Source of the DNA: an uncultured Xylanimonas sp.
GTDB lineage: Bacteria; Actinomycetota; Actinomycetes; Actinomycetales; Cellulomonadaceae
Direction of reading: 5' to 3'
DNA length: 42,992 nucleotides
Assembly: GCA_966249365.1 (NCBI GenBank)
Contig: CBINDH010000001.1
Location: 1 to 42,992 of the forward strand
This document shows positions 29,118 to 39,358 of the stretch, one piece after another. The notes beneath the pieces are model-generated. The model was not told the origin of the DNA. It made no database searches and saw only the letters and a list, made by a program, of their open reading frames with translations. Every line of letters begins with the position of its first letter. Position 1 is the stretch's first letter. A program made the position numbers and the translations under genes.

Positions 29118-31463
29118 ATGACTGACGAGGTCAAGACGGCGCGCGCTGACGCGCCCGCGGCGCCGACGCCTCCGACGTCGGCCACCGGCATCCGCAGCCG
29201 TCTCGTGCGCCTGGGCGTGCGCGGTGGCGGCAGCGGCGTCAGCCCCGCGCTCGAGCCGCTGCTGCAGGCGGTGCGCGCAGCACACCCCAAGTCCGACCTC
29301 GCCGTCATCGAGCGCGCCTACACCGTCGCCGAGAAGGCGCACCGCGGGCAGCTCCGCAAGTCCGGCGACCCGTACATCACGCACCCCGTCTCGGTCGCGA
29401 CCATCCTCGCCGAGCTCGGCTTCGAGGGGACGACGATCGCGGCGGCGCTGCTGCACGACACGGTCGAGGACACCGACTACTCGCTCGACCAGCTCCGCGC
29501 CGAGTTCGGCGACGACGTCGCCCTCATGGTCGACGGCGTCACCAAGCTCGACAAGGTCAAGTACGGCGACGCCGCGCAGGCCGAGACGGTCCGCAAGATG
29601 GTCGTCGCGATGGCCAAGGACATCCGCGTCCTGGTCATCAAGCTCGCCGACCGGCTGCACAACGCCCGCACGTGGAAGTACGTGGCGTCGTCGTCGGCGG
29701 AGCGCAAGGCGCGCGAGACCCTCGAGATCTACGCCCCGCTGGCGCACCGCCTGGGGATGAACACCATCAAGTGGGAGCTCGAGGACCTGTCGTTCCAGGC
29801 CCTCTACCCGAAGGTGTACGACGAGATCGTGCACCTGGTGGCCGAGCGCGCCCCGGCGCGCGAGGAGTACCTGTCGGTGGTGCGCGAGCAGATCCAGGCG
29901 GACCTGCGCGGCGCGAAGATCAAGGCCACGGTCACCGGTCGGCCGAAGCACTACTACTCGATCTACCAGAAGATGATCGTCCGGGGGCACGACTTCCAGG
30001 ACATCTACGACCTGGTGGGCACGCGCGTCCTGGTGGACACGGTGCGCGACTGCTACGCGGCGCTGGGCGCGCTGCACGCGCGCTGGAACCCGGTCCCGGG
30101 CCGGTTCAAGGACTACATCGCGATGCCCAAGTTCAACATGTACCAGTCGCTGCACACGACGGTCGTGGGGCCGGGCGGCAAGCCCGTCGAGATCCAGATC
30201 CGTACGCACGACATGCACCGCCGGGCGGAATACGGCGTCGCCGCGCACTGGAAGTACAAGGAGCCCGCGAAGCAGGGCAAGCCCGTCACGGCCGAGGACC
30301 AGCGGGCCACGGACATGGCGTGGCTGCGCCAGCTCGTCGACTGGCAGCGCGAGACGGCCGACCCGAGCGAGTTCCTCGACTCGCTGCGCTACGAGATCGG
30401 CGGCGCGGAGGTCTACGTCTTCACGCCCAAGGGCGAGGTCATGGCACTGCCTGCCGGCGCGACGCCGGTCGACTTCGCCTACTCGGTGCACACCGAGGTC
30501 GGCCACCGCACGATGGGCGCGCGCGTCAACGGTCGCCTCGTGCCGCTCGACTCGCAGCTCCAGAACGGCGACGTCGTCGACATCCTCACCTCCAAGGCCG
30601 AGTCCGCGGGCCCCAGCCGCGACTGGCTCGCGTTCGTGAAGTCGGCCCGGGCGCGCAACAAGATCCGTGCCTGGTTCACCAAGGAGCGTCGCGAGGAGGC
30701 CATCGAGCACGGCCGCGACGCCATCACGAAGGCGATGCGCAAGCAGAACCTGCCGATCCAGCGCCTGCTCTCGCACGAGGCGCTCGTCGGGCTCGCCACC
30801 GAGCTGCGGTTCGCGGACGTCTCCGCGCTGTACGCCGCGGTGGGTGAGGGGCACGTCTCCGCGCCGCACGTCGTCGACCTGCTCGTGAAGTCGCTCGGGG
30901 GCGCGGACGGCACCGAGGAGGACACCGCCGAGGCGGCCGTCCCGGGCGTCGCGACGACGTCACGGCGCACCCGCACGGGCGACCCCGGCGTCGTCGTGCG
31001 CGGCGTGAGCGACATCTGGGTCAAGCTCGCCAAGTGCTGCACCCCGGTGCCGGGCGACGAGATCATCGGGTTCGTCACCCGCGGCGCCGGCGTGTCCGTG
31101 CACCGCGCCGACTGCGCGAACGTCGAGGGCCTGCGCCAGCAGCCGGAGCGCATCGTGGACGTGTCCTGGTCCGCGGGGAGCACGACCTCGTTCCTGGTAC
31201 AGATCCAGGTCGAGGCGCTCGACCGGTCGCGCCTGCTCTCGGACATCACGCGCGTGCTGTCCGACAACCACGTCAACATCCTGTCGGCGACCGTCTCGAC
31301 GACGCAGGACCGCATCGCGATGTCCCGGTACGTCTTCGAGATGGCCGAGCCCGCCCACCTGCAGCAGGTGCTGTCGGCCGTGCGCAAGGTCGACGGCGTG
31401 TTCGACGTCTACCGCATCACGGGTGCCAAGGCCGCGACGGAACCGCACCTGCCGCCCCTGTAA
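29118..31463 (+). CDS. relA: Bifunctional (p)ppGpp synthetase/hydrolase
   Basis: HD domain (HDTVED), synthetase RFKD/YQSLHT, TGS, CC zinc-finger and ACT domains; AAGGAGG SD. Confidence 0.98.
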   Translation: MTDEVKTARADAPAAPTPPTSATGIRSRLVRLGVRGGGSGVSPALEPLLQAVRAAHPKSDLAVIERAYTVAEKAHRGQLRKSGDPYITHPVSVATILAELGFEGTTIAAALLHDTVEDTDYSLDQLRAEFGDDVALMVDGVTKLDKVKYGDAAQAETVRKMVVAMAKDIRVLVIKLADRLHNARTWKYVASSSAERKARETLEIYAPLAHRLGMNTIKWELEDLSFQALYPKVYDEIVHLVAERAPAREEYLSVVREQIQADLRGAKIKATVTGRPKHYYSIYQKMIVRGHDFQDIYDLVGTRVLVDTVRDCYAALGALHARWNPVPGRFKDYIAMPKFNMYQSLHTTVVGPGGKPVEIQIRTHDMHRRAEYGVAAHWKYKEPAKQGKPVTAEDQRATDMAWLRQLVDWQRETADPSEFLDSLRYEIGGAEVYVFTPKGEVMALPAGATPVDFAYSVHTEVGHRTMGARVNGRLVPLDSQLQNGDVVDILTSKAESAGPSRDWLAFVKSARARNKIRAWFTKERREEAIEHGRDAITKAMRKQNLPIQRLLSHEALVGLATELRFADVSALYAAVGEGHVSAPHVVDLLVKSLGGADGTEEDTAEAAVPGVATTSRRTRTGDPGVVVRGVSDIWVKLAKCCTPVPGDEIIGFVTRGAGVSVHRADCANVEGLRQQPERIVDVSWSAGSTTSFLVQIQVEALDRSRLLSDITRVLSDNHVNILSATVSTTQDRIAMSRYVFEMAEPAHLQQVLSAVRKVDGVFDVYRITGAKAATEPHLPPL

Positions 31464-31519
31464 CGCTCCCGCGGCGGTTGAGCCGGGTCGAAACCGCGCA
31501 GCGGTGGCAGCATCGACCC

Positions 31520-32659
31520 ATGGCCCTGCCGCTGACGCCACCGATCCTGCCCATGCTGGCCAAGTCGGTCGCGACCGTGCCCGACCAGCCCGACGCCGAC
31601 GGCCCGGCGTGGGACTACGAACCCAAATGGGACGGGTTCCGCGCGATCGTCTACCGCGACGGCGACGACGTGCGCATCGACTCGCGCAACGCGCGGCCCA
31701 TGCAGCGGTACTTCCCCGAGGTGGTGGAGGCCGTCAAGGCCGCCCTGCCACCGCGCTGCGTCGTCGACGGCGAGATCGTCGTCGCGCGGCCGGGCGACGG
31801 CCGCGCCGCGCTCGACTTCGACACGCTCTCGCAGCGCATCCACCCCGCCGCGTCACGGGTGGCGATGCTCGCGGAGACCGTGCCGGCGAGCCTCGTCGTG
31901 TTCGACGTCCTCGCGCTCGACGACGACGACCTCACCTCCCGGCCGCTGCGCGACCGGCTCGAGACGCTCGACTCCCTCGGCCTGGCCGGACCTCAGGTGT
32001 TCGCCACCCCGCGCACCACCGACCCCGCCGTCGCCCGCGAGTGGTTCGAGCAGTTCGAAGGTGCCGGCCTCGACGGCGTCGTCGCCAAGCCGCTCGACGG
32101 CACCTACCAGCCCGACAAGCGGGCCATGCTCAAGATCAAGCACGCCCGTACCGCCGACGTCGTCCTCGCGGGGTACCGCCTGCACAAGACGTCGACGGCG
32201 TCCAAGCCGCTGCTCGGCTCGCTGCTGCTGGGCCTGTACGACGACGCCGGCCAGCTTCAGTTCGTGGGCGTCGCGGCGTCGTTCCCGGCCGCCCGGCGGG
32301 CGGCGCTCGTCGAGGAGCTCGCCGACCTCGTCGTCGAGCCGGGCACGCCCGAGCACGAGGCGCACCCGTGGGCCGACTGGTCGGACCCCGCCGTGGCGGA
32401 CGGCAGCGCGGGGGAGCGGCGCCCCGGAGCCCAGTCCCGGTGGAGCGCGGGCAAGGACCTGTCGTTCACGCCGCTGCGCGTCGAGCGCGTGCTCGAGGTC
32501 GGGTACGACCACATGGAGGGCAGCCGGTTCCGCCACACGTCGCAGTTCAAGCGGTGGCGACCGGACCGGGACCCGGCCTCGTGCACCTACGCGCAGCTCG
32601 AGGAGCCGGTCGGCTACGACCTCGGCTCGCTCCTGCCGGGGGCGCCAGGGACGGTCTGA
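31520..32659 (+). CDS. ligC: ATP-dependent DNA ligase, LigC type
   Basis: PMLAK, EPKWDGFR (motif I), DGEIV, LDGVVAK, KIKHARTAD, RFRH; no Pol or PE domain. Confidence 0.92.
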   Translation: MALPLTPPILPMLAKSVATVPDQPDADGPAWDYEPKWDGFRAIVYRDGDDVRIDSRNARPMQRYFPEVVEAVKAALPPRCVVDGEIVVARPGDGRAALDFDTLSQRIHPAASRVAMLAETVPASLVVFDVLALDDDDLTSRPLRDRLETLDSLGLAGPQVFATPRTTDPAVAREWFEQFEGAGLDGVVAKPLDGTYQPDKRAMLKIKHARTADVVLAGYRLHKTSTASKPLLGSLLLGLYDDAGQLQFVGVAASFPAARRAALVEELADLVVEPGTPEHEAHPWADWSDPAVADGSAGERRPGAQSRWSAGKDLSFTPLRVERVLEVGYDHMEGSRFRHTSQFKRWRPDRDPASCTYAQLEEPVGYDLGSLLPGAPGTV

Positions 32660-32664
32660 CCGCG

Positions 32665-32719
32665 CGCACGGACCGGGCCCGTCGTGCGGAGACCCGGCCC
32701 GGCAACCGGCGGGGGTCTC
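32665..32719. terminator. Tandem hairpins between the convergent ligC and Prim-PolC genes
   Basis: CGCACG...CGTGCG stem and GAGACCC...GGGTCTC stem. Confidence 0.5.
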
Positions 32720-33806
32720 ACGTCTCGATGCGGTTGCCGTCCTCGTCCCAGTGCGCGGCGACCTTCTTGCTGGGCTGCACCCGTGGCGGCTCGCCGGGCA
32801 TCTTCGGGTAGTCGGGCGGGAAGTTCAGCTCGCCGCCCGGCAGGGACTCCCACAGGGCGAGCAGCGGGGCGATGTCGTGGGCGACGTCGTCGATCTGCTC
32901 CCACGGGTCGCCGTCGGCGAGGTGGTCCGGCACCGTCGTCAGGTTGAGATCCCGCGGGTCCTCGAGCTCGGCCAGCGCCGACCACGTCAGCGGCGTGCTC
33001 ACGGGCGCCCCGGGCCGTGGTCGCAGGCTCCACGCGCCCGCGACGGTGCGGTCGCGCAGGTTCTGGTTGAAGTCGATGAAGACCGACCCCTCGGGGCGGT
33101 CCTCCTTCCACCACTGCGTCGTCACGGTCCCGTCGCGGCGCTCGAGCTCACGGCCGAGCCCGATGGCGGCGTGCCGGACGTCGTCGAAGGACCACTGCGG
33201 CCGGATACGGACGTACACGTGGACGCCGCGGTTCCCCGACGTCTTCGCGAACGCGCGGATGCCCAGCTCGCGCAGCAGCTCGTCCGTGAGCGCGGCGACC
33301 CGTCGTGCGTCGGCGAACGTCGCCCCCGGCTGCGGGTCGAGGTCGATGCGCAGCTCGTCCGGGTGCTCCACGTCGCCCGACCGCACCGCCCACGGGTGGA
33401 ACGTCAAGGTGCCCATGTGGGCGGCCCACACGGCCGCCGCCGGCTCGCTGATGCACAGCTCGTCGATGGGTCGACCGTTCGGCGTCGTGACCCGGGTCGT
33501 CACGATCCATTCCGGGGCGCCCTTCGGCAGCCGCTTGGAGTAGAACCCGTCGCCGGTCTGCTGGCCGGTCGAGCTCACCGAGAGCTTCATCCCCTCCCGC
33601 CAGCCGCCGGGCCAGCGTTCGAGCGCGACAGGGCGGTCACCGTTCGCGCGCATGAACCCGGGCGCGACCTTGGCGAAGTACTCGCAGACCTCGAGCTTGG
33701 TGATCGGGGGCGTCCGGTCGGTCGCCTCGTAGACGACGCGATCGGGACTGGAGACGCGGACCTCGCGGTCCCCGACGGCGACGAGCACAGCAGCGGGCTT
33801 GGCCAT
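32718..33806 (-). CDS. Stand-alone LigD-Pol-like primase-polymerase (Prim-PolC type)
   Basis: DELRIDLDP, KTSGNRGVH, FIDFNQN, AWSLR; C-terminal PPDYPKMPGEPPRVQPS tail typical of Prim-PolC. Confidence 0.88.
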   Translation of the reverse strand: MAKPAAVLVAVGDREVRVSSPDRVVYEATDRTPPITKLEVCEYFAKVAPGFMRANGDRPVALERWPGGWREGMKLSVSSTGQQTGDGFYSKRLPKGAPEWIVTTRVTTPNGRPIDELCISEPAAAVWAAHMGTLTFHPWAVRSGDVEHPDELRIDLDPQPGATFADARRVAALTDELLRELGIRAFAKTSGNRGVHVYVRIRPQWSFDDVRHAAIGLGRELERRDGTVTTQWWKEDRPEGSVFIDFNQNLRDRTVAGAWSLRPRPGAPVSTPLTWSALAELEDPRDLNLTTVPDHLADGDPWEQIDDVAHDIAPLLALWESLPGGELNFPPDYPKMPGEPPRVQPSKKVAAHWDEDGNRIET

Positions 33807-33815
33807 GAGGCCAAC

Positions 33816-34445
33816 CTAAGCGGACATCGCCTCGCCCAGCACGAGACGTGCCCGCGGCCGCCCCGGAACCCGCGTGCGGCGTTCGAGGGACCGAGCGGCC
33901 GCCGCGAGATCGGTGCCCGCCGCGCGCAGGTCGGCAAGCAGCGGCACGGCGACGTCGGGCGCCAGCCGCAGGGCGAGCTCGACGGCGGTGCGCTCGGGCG
34001 TGGTGACCGGCACGCCTCCCAGCAGCACCGAGTCCGCGACGAGCCCGGGGAACGACCAGACCGCGGTGAACGCCCACACGTCGGGGCGGTGCGTCCCCGG
34101 CCGGTGCGCGACGTACAGCAGCTCCGGCATCCGCCCGCCGCAGTACACCCAGACCGCCGTCGGCCCGGTGAGGACGGCATGCGCAGGCACGCGGGGCGCG
34201 AGCGCCGCGGCCCGCGTGCTCGCGGTCACCGGGGTCCGGGCGGAGACGGCGGCGTCGTCGGCCACCACACGCAGGACGCCGTCGCGCACCAGGACGTCCC
34301 AGGCGACACGCCCGCCGACGTCGGGCGGACGCACGAGCACCGGACGCTCGCGGGGCGGCGCGAGAAGGGCCGACACGGTCGCGGGCACCGGCCGACCCGT
34401 GACCCGCGACCCCCGAGGACGGCTGAGAACGACGGCGGGCTCCAT
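33816..34445 (-). CDS. Hypothetical protein with an AbiEi-like C-terminal motif
   Basis: VLTGPTAVWVY and GGVPVTTPERTAVELA resemble actinobacterial AbiEi-type proteins; start uncertain. Confidence 0.55.
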   Translation of the reverse strand: MEPAVVLSRPRGSRVTGRPVPATVSALLAPPRERPVLVRPPDVGGRVAWDVLVRDGVLRVVADDAAVSARTPVTASTRAAALAPRVPAHAVLTGPTAVWVYCGGRMPELLYVAHRPGTHRPDVWAFTAVWSFPGLVADSVLLGGVPVTTPERTAVELALRLAPDVAVPLLADLRAAGTDLAAAARSLERRTRVPGRPRARLVLGEAMSA

Positions 34446-34506
34446 GCCCCCGGACGCTAGCGGCGTACGCGGGGGCCTGGAGCCCGCCTGTGGACAGCGT
34501 CCGGTG

Positions 34507-36246
34507 TCAGCCTCGCGAGTCCTCGGCCGCGCGGGCGACCTGCTCGAGCCACGACCGCCGCGCGGCGAGAGCCGTCTCGAGCTCGCCGACCTTGCGCGAG
34601 TCACCCTTCGCCTTCGCGGCCGCGAGATCCGCCTCGAGGCCCTCGATCGCCGCCTCGAGCTGCGCGAGCGCACCCTCGGCACGCGCACGCTTCTCCGGGT
34701 TGGTGCGGGCGTACTGCGCCTGCTCGGCGTCGCGGACCGCCTGCTCGACGGCGCGGAGCCGGCCCTCGACGCGCTGCACGTCGCCGCGCGGGACCTTGCC
34801 CGCGGCCTCCCAACGCTCCTGGATGCCGCGCAGCGCCGCCTTGGTGGCCGCGAGGTCCTTGATCGGCAGGAGCGCCTCCGCCTCGACCAGGATCGCCTCC
34901 TTGACCACGAGGTTCTCCGCGTACTCCGCGTCGACGGCGGCGTTCTCGGCGTCACGAGCGGAGAAGAACGCGTCCTGCGCGGCACGGAACCGCGCCCACA
35001 GGGCGTCGTCGTCGCGGCGGGCGGCACGGCCGGCGGCCTTCCACTCCGTCATCAGGTCGCGGAAGGCTCCCGCCGTCGCGCCCCAGTCGGTGCTGGTCGA
35101 CAGGGCCTCGGCGCGAGCGACGAGCGCCTCCTTGGCGGCCTTCGCCGCCGAGTTGCGCTGCTCGAGCTCGGCGAAGTAGTGCCGGCGCTCGCGGTCGAAC
35201 GCGGTGCGGGCGTGGCTGAACCGCTTCCAGAGGGACTCCTCCGTGCTGCGGTCGATGCGCGGGCCCGAACGCTGCGCGTCCTTCCACTGCTCGAGCAGGC
35301 TGCGCAGCTCCTCGCCCGCGGGACGCCACTGCATGCGCTGCGGGTCCGTCGCCGCGATCTTCTCCGCGGCCTCCACGATCGCCGTCCGCGCGGTGATGGC
35401 CTCGGCCTTCGCGGCCGCGCGGGCGGCCTCGAGCGCGGCACGCCGCTCGGCGGCGACGGTGCCGAGGGATGCGACGCGGTCACGGAGCGCGTCGAGATCG
35501 CCGACGGCGGCGGGCTCGGCCGTCTCCTCACCGAGCTTGGCGAGGGTCTGGTCGATCTCCTTGACCGACAGGTCGGCGCTCGACAGGCGGGTCTCGAAGA
35601 GGGTCACCTTGGCGACCAGGTCGAGGTAGCGGCGCACGTACAGGCTCATGGCCTCCGACGCCGGCACGTCCGGGAACTGGCCGACGACACGCTCGCCGGC
35701 TGCCTCGCGGACGTAGACGTTGCCCTCCTCGTCCACGCGGCCGAACGCCTCGGCGGCGGACACGGCCGCCGCGTCGAGCGCGGGCGGGACGACGACGGGC
35801 GCGGCGGGCGCGTCGGCGGCCGGAGCGGCCGGGCGACGCATCTGCGACGGCTTGGGCAGGCGCGAGGGCTTGGGGGCCCGCGGGCGCGGGGCGGGCGCGG
35901 CGGCGGGAGCCTCGGCGCGCGCCTCCGGCCCGGCCGGTGCCTCGGCCTCGGGCGTGGTCTCGGCCTCGGGCGTGGTCTCGGCCTCGGTCTCGGCCTCGAC
36001 GGGAGCCTCGGCCGGCTCGGGGGTCGCAGCCGGAGCCTCGCCGGGCTCCTCGGCGGCTTCCACCGCGTCCTCGTCCGGCGCGTCCTGCGTCGCCGCGTCC
36101 GCCTCGGCCGGCGCCTCGGCAGCCGCTGCCTCCTCGGCGGCGGGCGCCTCGGGGGCGTCAGGAGTCTCGGCCGTCACGCTCTCGGTGGCCTTCTCGACGA
36201 CGTCCTCGCCGGGCGTGTCGTTCGTTCCGGTGACGTGATCGCTCAC
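34507..36246 (-). CDS. DUF349 domain protein with an acidic low-complexity N-terminus
   Basis: FGRVDEEGNVYV...GERVVGQF and three W..F..A..F helical repeats. Confidence 0.9.
   Translation of the reverse strand: MSDHVTGTNDTPGEDVVEKATESVTAETPDAPEAPAAEEAAAAEAPAEADAATQDAPDEDAVEAAEEPGEAPAATPEPAEAPVEAETEAETTPEAETTPEAEAPAGPEARAEAPAAAPAPRPRAPKPSRLPKPSQMRRPAAPAADAPAAPVVVPPALDAAAVSAAEAFGRVDEEGNVYVREAAGERVVGQFPDVPASEAMSLYVRRYLDLVAKVTLFETRLSSADLSVKEIDQTLAKLGEETAEPAAVGDLDALRDRVASLGTVAAERRAALEAARAAAKAEAITARTAIVEAAEKIAATDPQRMQWRPAGEELRSLLEQWKDAQRSGPRIDRSTEESLWKRFSHARTAFDRERRHYFAELEQRNSAAKAAKEALVARAEALSTSTDWGATAGAFRDLMTEWKAAGRAARRDDDALWARFRAAQDAFFSARDAENAAVDAEYAENLVVKEAILVEAEALLPIKDLAATKAALRGIQERWEAAGKVPRGDVQRVEGRLRAVEQAVRDAEQAQYARTNPEKRARAEGALAQLEAAIEGLEADLAAAKAKGDSRKVGELETALAARRSWLEQVARAAEDSRG
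35941..35998 (-). repeat. 18-nt/12-nt tandem repeats in the DUF349 N-terminus
   Basis: CTCGGCCTCGGGCGTGGT twice plus shorter units, encoding EAETEAETTPEAETTPEAE. Confidence 0.8.
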
Positions 36247-36968
36247 TGGGTCTCAACTCCTTCGATGGTGACCGGGGTGGCAGGGCGGCCGTCGGAGGCC
36301 CCGCCTTCCACGCCCGCGTCAGCGACTGCCTGGACGACGTCCAGGCCATGGGTGATCCGCCCGAACACGGTGTAGCCACCGGCGGCGTCGGACTGGATGG
36401 TGGAATCCTGGTACACCAGGAAGAACTGGGAGCCCATCGACGCGCCGTCGCCCGGCCGTCGGGCCATGGCGAGCGTCCCTGCCGGGTAGACGTTGTCGGC
36501 GGGCGCGTTCTCGATCGGGCCGAACGAGTAGCCGGGCCCACCGGTCCCGTCACCGTTCGGGTCGCCGCACTGCAGCACGTAGATGCCCCCCGTCGTCAGG
36601 CGGTGGCAGGAGATCCCGTCGAAGAAGCCCTTCTGGGCGAGCGTGACGAAGCTCGCCACGGCCTGCGGCGCGGCGTCACCGAAGAGCTCGAGGGTGATGT
36701 CGCCGACGGAGGTCGTCATCGTCGAGGTCCACGTGCGGTCCTCGGCGACCGAGGGGTCGGGCACGTCGCCGGAGGTCTGCGGCGTCGTGGGCGGGGCGCC
36801 GTCGTCGGTGAGGACGGCGACCAGGCCGCCGGCGACGAGCGCGAGCACCACACCGATGACCGCGAACGCGGCGATGCGCTGCTTCCGGGCGCGGGCTGCC
36901 GCCTGCTTCGCCTCCCACTTCGCCTGGCGCTTGCGTGCGGCCTCGCGTTCACGCTGGGTCGCTGCCAC
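36243..36968 (-). CDS. ppiB: Membrane-anchored cyclophilin-type peptidyl-prolyl isomerase
   Basis: Basic N-terminus plus TM, CHRL, QCGDP, GSQFF, YTVFG; GGAGG SD before GTG 36968. Confidence 0.9.
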   Translation of the reverse strand: MAATQREREAARKRQAKWEAKQAAARARKQRIAAFAVIGVVLALVAGGLVAVLTDDGAPPTTPQTSGDVPDPSVAEDRTWTSTMTTSVGDITLELFGDAAPQAVASFVTLAQKGFFDGISCHRLTTGGIYVLQCGDPNGDGTGGPGYSFGPIENAPADNVYPAGTLAMARRPGDGASMGSQFFLVYQDSTIQSDAAGGYTVFGRITHGLDVVQAVADAGVEGGASDGRPATPVTIEGVETQ

Positions 36969-37123
36969 CCACGATCCTCCTGGGTCTGGTCTCCGGGTCG
37001 CCTCCTGTGTCGAGGCACGTGCGGGGGACAGTCTAGGCACCGGCTGGCTCCGTCGTACCGCGCGACGACCTGCGCAGCGGCTGATTTCGCACGGTGGGTC
37101 ACCTCCGGGGCTACGGTGACCGG

Positions 37124-37819
37124 GTGCTGGTCACCCTGGTCGTCGCCCCCGTGTTCGCCACCAACTGCTGTGTCGTCGTCGCCGACGACGGTCGCCCGGG
37201 CGCCGACGCGGTCGTCGTCGACGCGGGTGCGGGCGTGGCGGACACCGTGACGCGGCTCGTCCAGGAGCGCGGCTGGACCGTCCGCGCCGTGCTCGCCACG
37301 CACGGCCACGTCGACCACACGTGGGACGCCGCCGCGCTGTGCGAGGCCTTCGACGTCCCGATGCGCATCCACGCGGCCGACGCGTACCGGCTCGCGGACC
37401 CCTTCGGCACGTTGGGCCTGACGCGCGGCGGGGTGAGCGACGCCCTGCGCCAGGCGATCCAGGGGCTGGGCCTGGAGGCGGAGGACTACCGCGCACCGGC
37501 CGACGTCGTGCCGTTCGACGCCGCGGGCGACGACGGCGAGGGGCACCTCGTCGCGGGCGACCTGAGGCTGCGCGTCATCCCGGCACCTGGCCACACCGAG
37601 GGCGCGACGCTGTACGAGGTGGACGGCGTCCTGCTCGCCGGGGACGTGCTCTTCGCGGGCGGGATCGGGCGCACCGACCTGCCCGGCGGCGACGACGCGG
37701 CGATGCGCGCGACGCTGCGCGACGTCGTCGGACGACTCGACCCGACACTCGAGGTGGTGCCCGGCCACGGGCCGACCACGTCGGTGGGACGTGAAATGGC
37801 CACGAACCCCTACCTGTGA
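37124..37819 (+). CDS. MBL-fold metallo-hydrolase (glyoxalase II-like)
   Basis: THGHVDH, PGHT, AGD, GRTDLPGG, PGHG; conserved position before hisS. Confidence 0.92.
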   Translation: MLVTLVVAPVFATNCCVVVADDGRPGADAVVVDAGAGVADTVTRLVQERGWTVRAVLATHGHVDHTWDAAALCEAFDVPMRIHAADAYRLADPFGTLGLTRGGVSDALRQAIQGLGLEAEDYRAPADVVPFDAAGDDGEGHLVAGDLRLRVIPAPGHTEGATLYEVDGVLLAGDVLFAGGIGRTDLPGGDDAAMRATLRDVVGRLDPTLEVVPGHGPTTSVGREMATNPYL

Positions 37820-37837
37820 TCTGGGAGAATCGAGCCC

Positions 37838-39196
37838 ATGGCTCGTATCGCCCCTCTCTCCGGCTTCCCCGAATGGCTCCCTGACGGTCGCGTCGTGGAG
37901 CAGCACGTCCTCGACACGCTGCGCCGCACGTTCGAGCTGCACGGGTTCGCGGGGATCGAGACGCGGGCCGTCGAGCCGCTCGACCAGCTCCTGCGCAAGG
38001 GGGAGACCTCCAAGGAGGTCTACGTGCTGCGCCGCCTGCAGGCGGACCCCAGCGCGCCCGACAACGACAAGCAGCTCGGCCTGCACTTCGACCTGACCGT
38101 CCCGTTCGCGCGGTACGTGCTCGAGAACGCCGGCAAGCTCGCCTTCCCCTTCAAGCGTTTCCAGATCCAGAAGGTGTGGCGCGGGGAGCGCCCGCAGGAC
38201 GGCCGGTTCCGTGAGTTCGCGCAGGCGGACATCGACGTCGTCGGCGCGGGCGAGCTCCCGTACCACTTCGAGGTCGAGCTGCCGCTCGTCATGGCGGAGG
38301 CGCTCGGCAGGCTCGCCGACGTCGGCCTGCCGCCCGTGCGGATCCTCGTCAACAACCGCAAGGTCGCCGAGGGCTTCTATCGCGGCCTGGGCCTCGATGA
38401 CGTCGAGGGCGTGCTGCGCAACATCGACAAGCTCGACAAGATCGGCCCGGACGCCGTCGCGGCGCTGCTGGAGGCCGAGTGCGGGGCGACGCCCGAGCAG
38501 GCCAAGGCGTGCCTCGAGCTCGCGGGCATCTCCGGCTCGGACGTCTCCGTCGTCGACGCCGTGCGCGCCCTGGCCGAGGCGTACGGGGCGACGACCGAGC
38601 TGCTGGAGACCGGCCTGGCCGAGCTCGGCGCTCTCGTCGAGGCCGCGGCGGTACGCGCGCCCGGCGTCGTCGTCGCGGACCTGAAGATCGCCCGGGGCCT
38701 CGACTACTACACGGGTTCGGTGTACGAGACCGTGCTGGTCGGCCACGAGGGCCTCGGCTCGATCTGCTCCGGCGGGCGCTACGACACGCTCGCCTCGGAC
38801 GGCAAGAACACCTACCCGGGCGTGGGCCTGTCGATCGGCGTCTCGCGCCTCGTGTCCCGCCTGCTGTCCGCAGGGCTGGTCCGCGCCACGCGCGGCGTGC
38901 CGACGGCGGTGCTCGTCGCGGTCAACACCGAGGCGGAGCGGGCCGCGTCGGACGCCGTCGCCGCCCAGCTCCGCGCGCGAGGCATCCCCGTCGACGTCGC
39001 GCCCAAGGCGGCGAAGTTCGGCAAGCAGATCCAGTTCGCCGACCGCCGCGGCATCCCGTTCGTCTGGTTCCCGGGCGAGGACGGAGCGGCGGGCTCGGTC
39101 AAGGACATCCGGTCCGGCGAGCAGGTCGACGCCGACGCGGCGACCTGGGAGCCGCCCGCGCAGGACTGGTGGCCGCGCGTCGTCCCCGCCGAGTGA
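37838..39196 (+). CDS. hisS: Histidine--tRNA ligase
   Basis: DLTVP, WRGERPQDGRFREF, RGLDYYTG, GGRYD, anticodon-binding domain. Confidence 0.97.
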   Translation: MARIAPLSGFPEWLPDGRVVEQHVLDTLRRTFELHGFAGIETRAVEPLDQLLRKGETSKEVYVLRRLQADPSAPDNDKQLGLHFDLTVPFARYVLENAGKLAFPFKRFQIQKVWRGERPQDGRFREFAQADIDVVGAGELPYHFEVELPLVMAEALGRLADVGLPPVRILVNNRKVAEGFYRGLGLDDVEGVLRNIDKLDKIGPDAVAALLEAECGATPEQAKACLELAGISGSDVSVVDAVRALAEAYGATTELLETGLAELGALVEAAAVRAPGVVVADLKIARGLDYYTGSVYETVLVGHEGLGSICSGGRYDTLASDGKNTYPGVGLSIGVSRLVSRLLSAGLVRATRGVPTAVLVAVNTEAERAASDAVAAQLRARGIPVDVAPKAAKFGKQIQFADRRGIPFVWFPGEDGAAGSVKDIRSGEQVDADAATWEPPAQDWWPRVVPAE

Positions 39197-39358
39197 CGGC
39201 GACGCCGTCGGCGCCCCGGCCCGCCCGGGGGTAGCGCTCGGGCGGACCGTTCACGTTTCCCCGCGGGCGCGGGCACCACGCGACAACGCGCCGGTCCGCC
39301 CGCGCCGTCGCGGTTAGCGTGGAGGGACGACGAAACCTGACGGCGCGAGGGAGGCGGC

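Noticed and set aside
34488-34497. DnaA-box-like CTGTCCACA on the minus strand
   Set aside because: Single imperfect 9-mer with no cluster; expected by chance.
25851-35998. Short tandem repeats considered as CRISPR-like arrays
   Set aside because: They are in-frame coding repeats with no spacers, and no cas genes are present.
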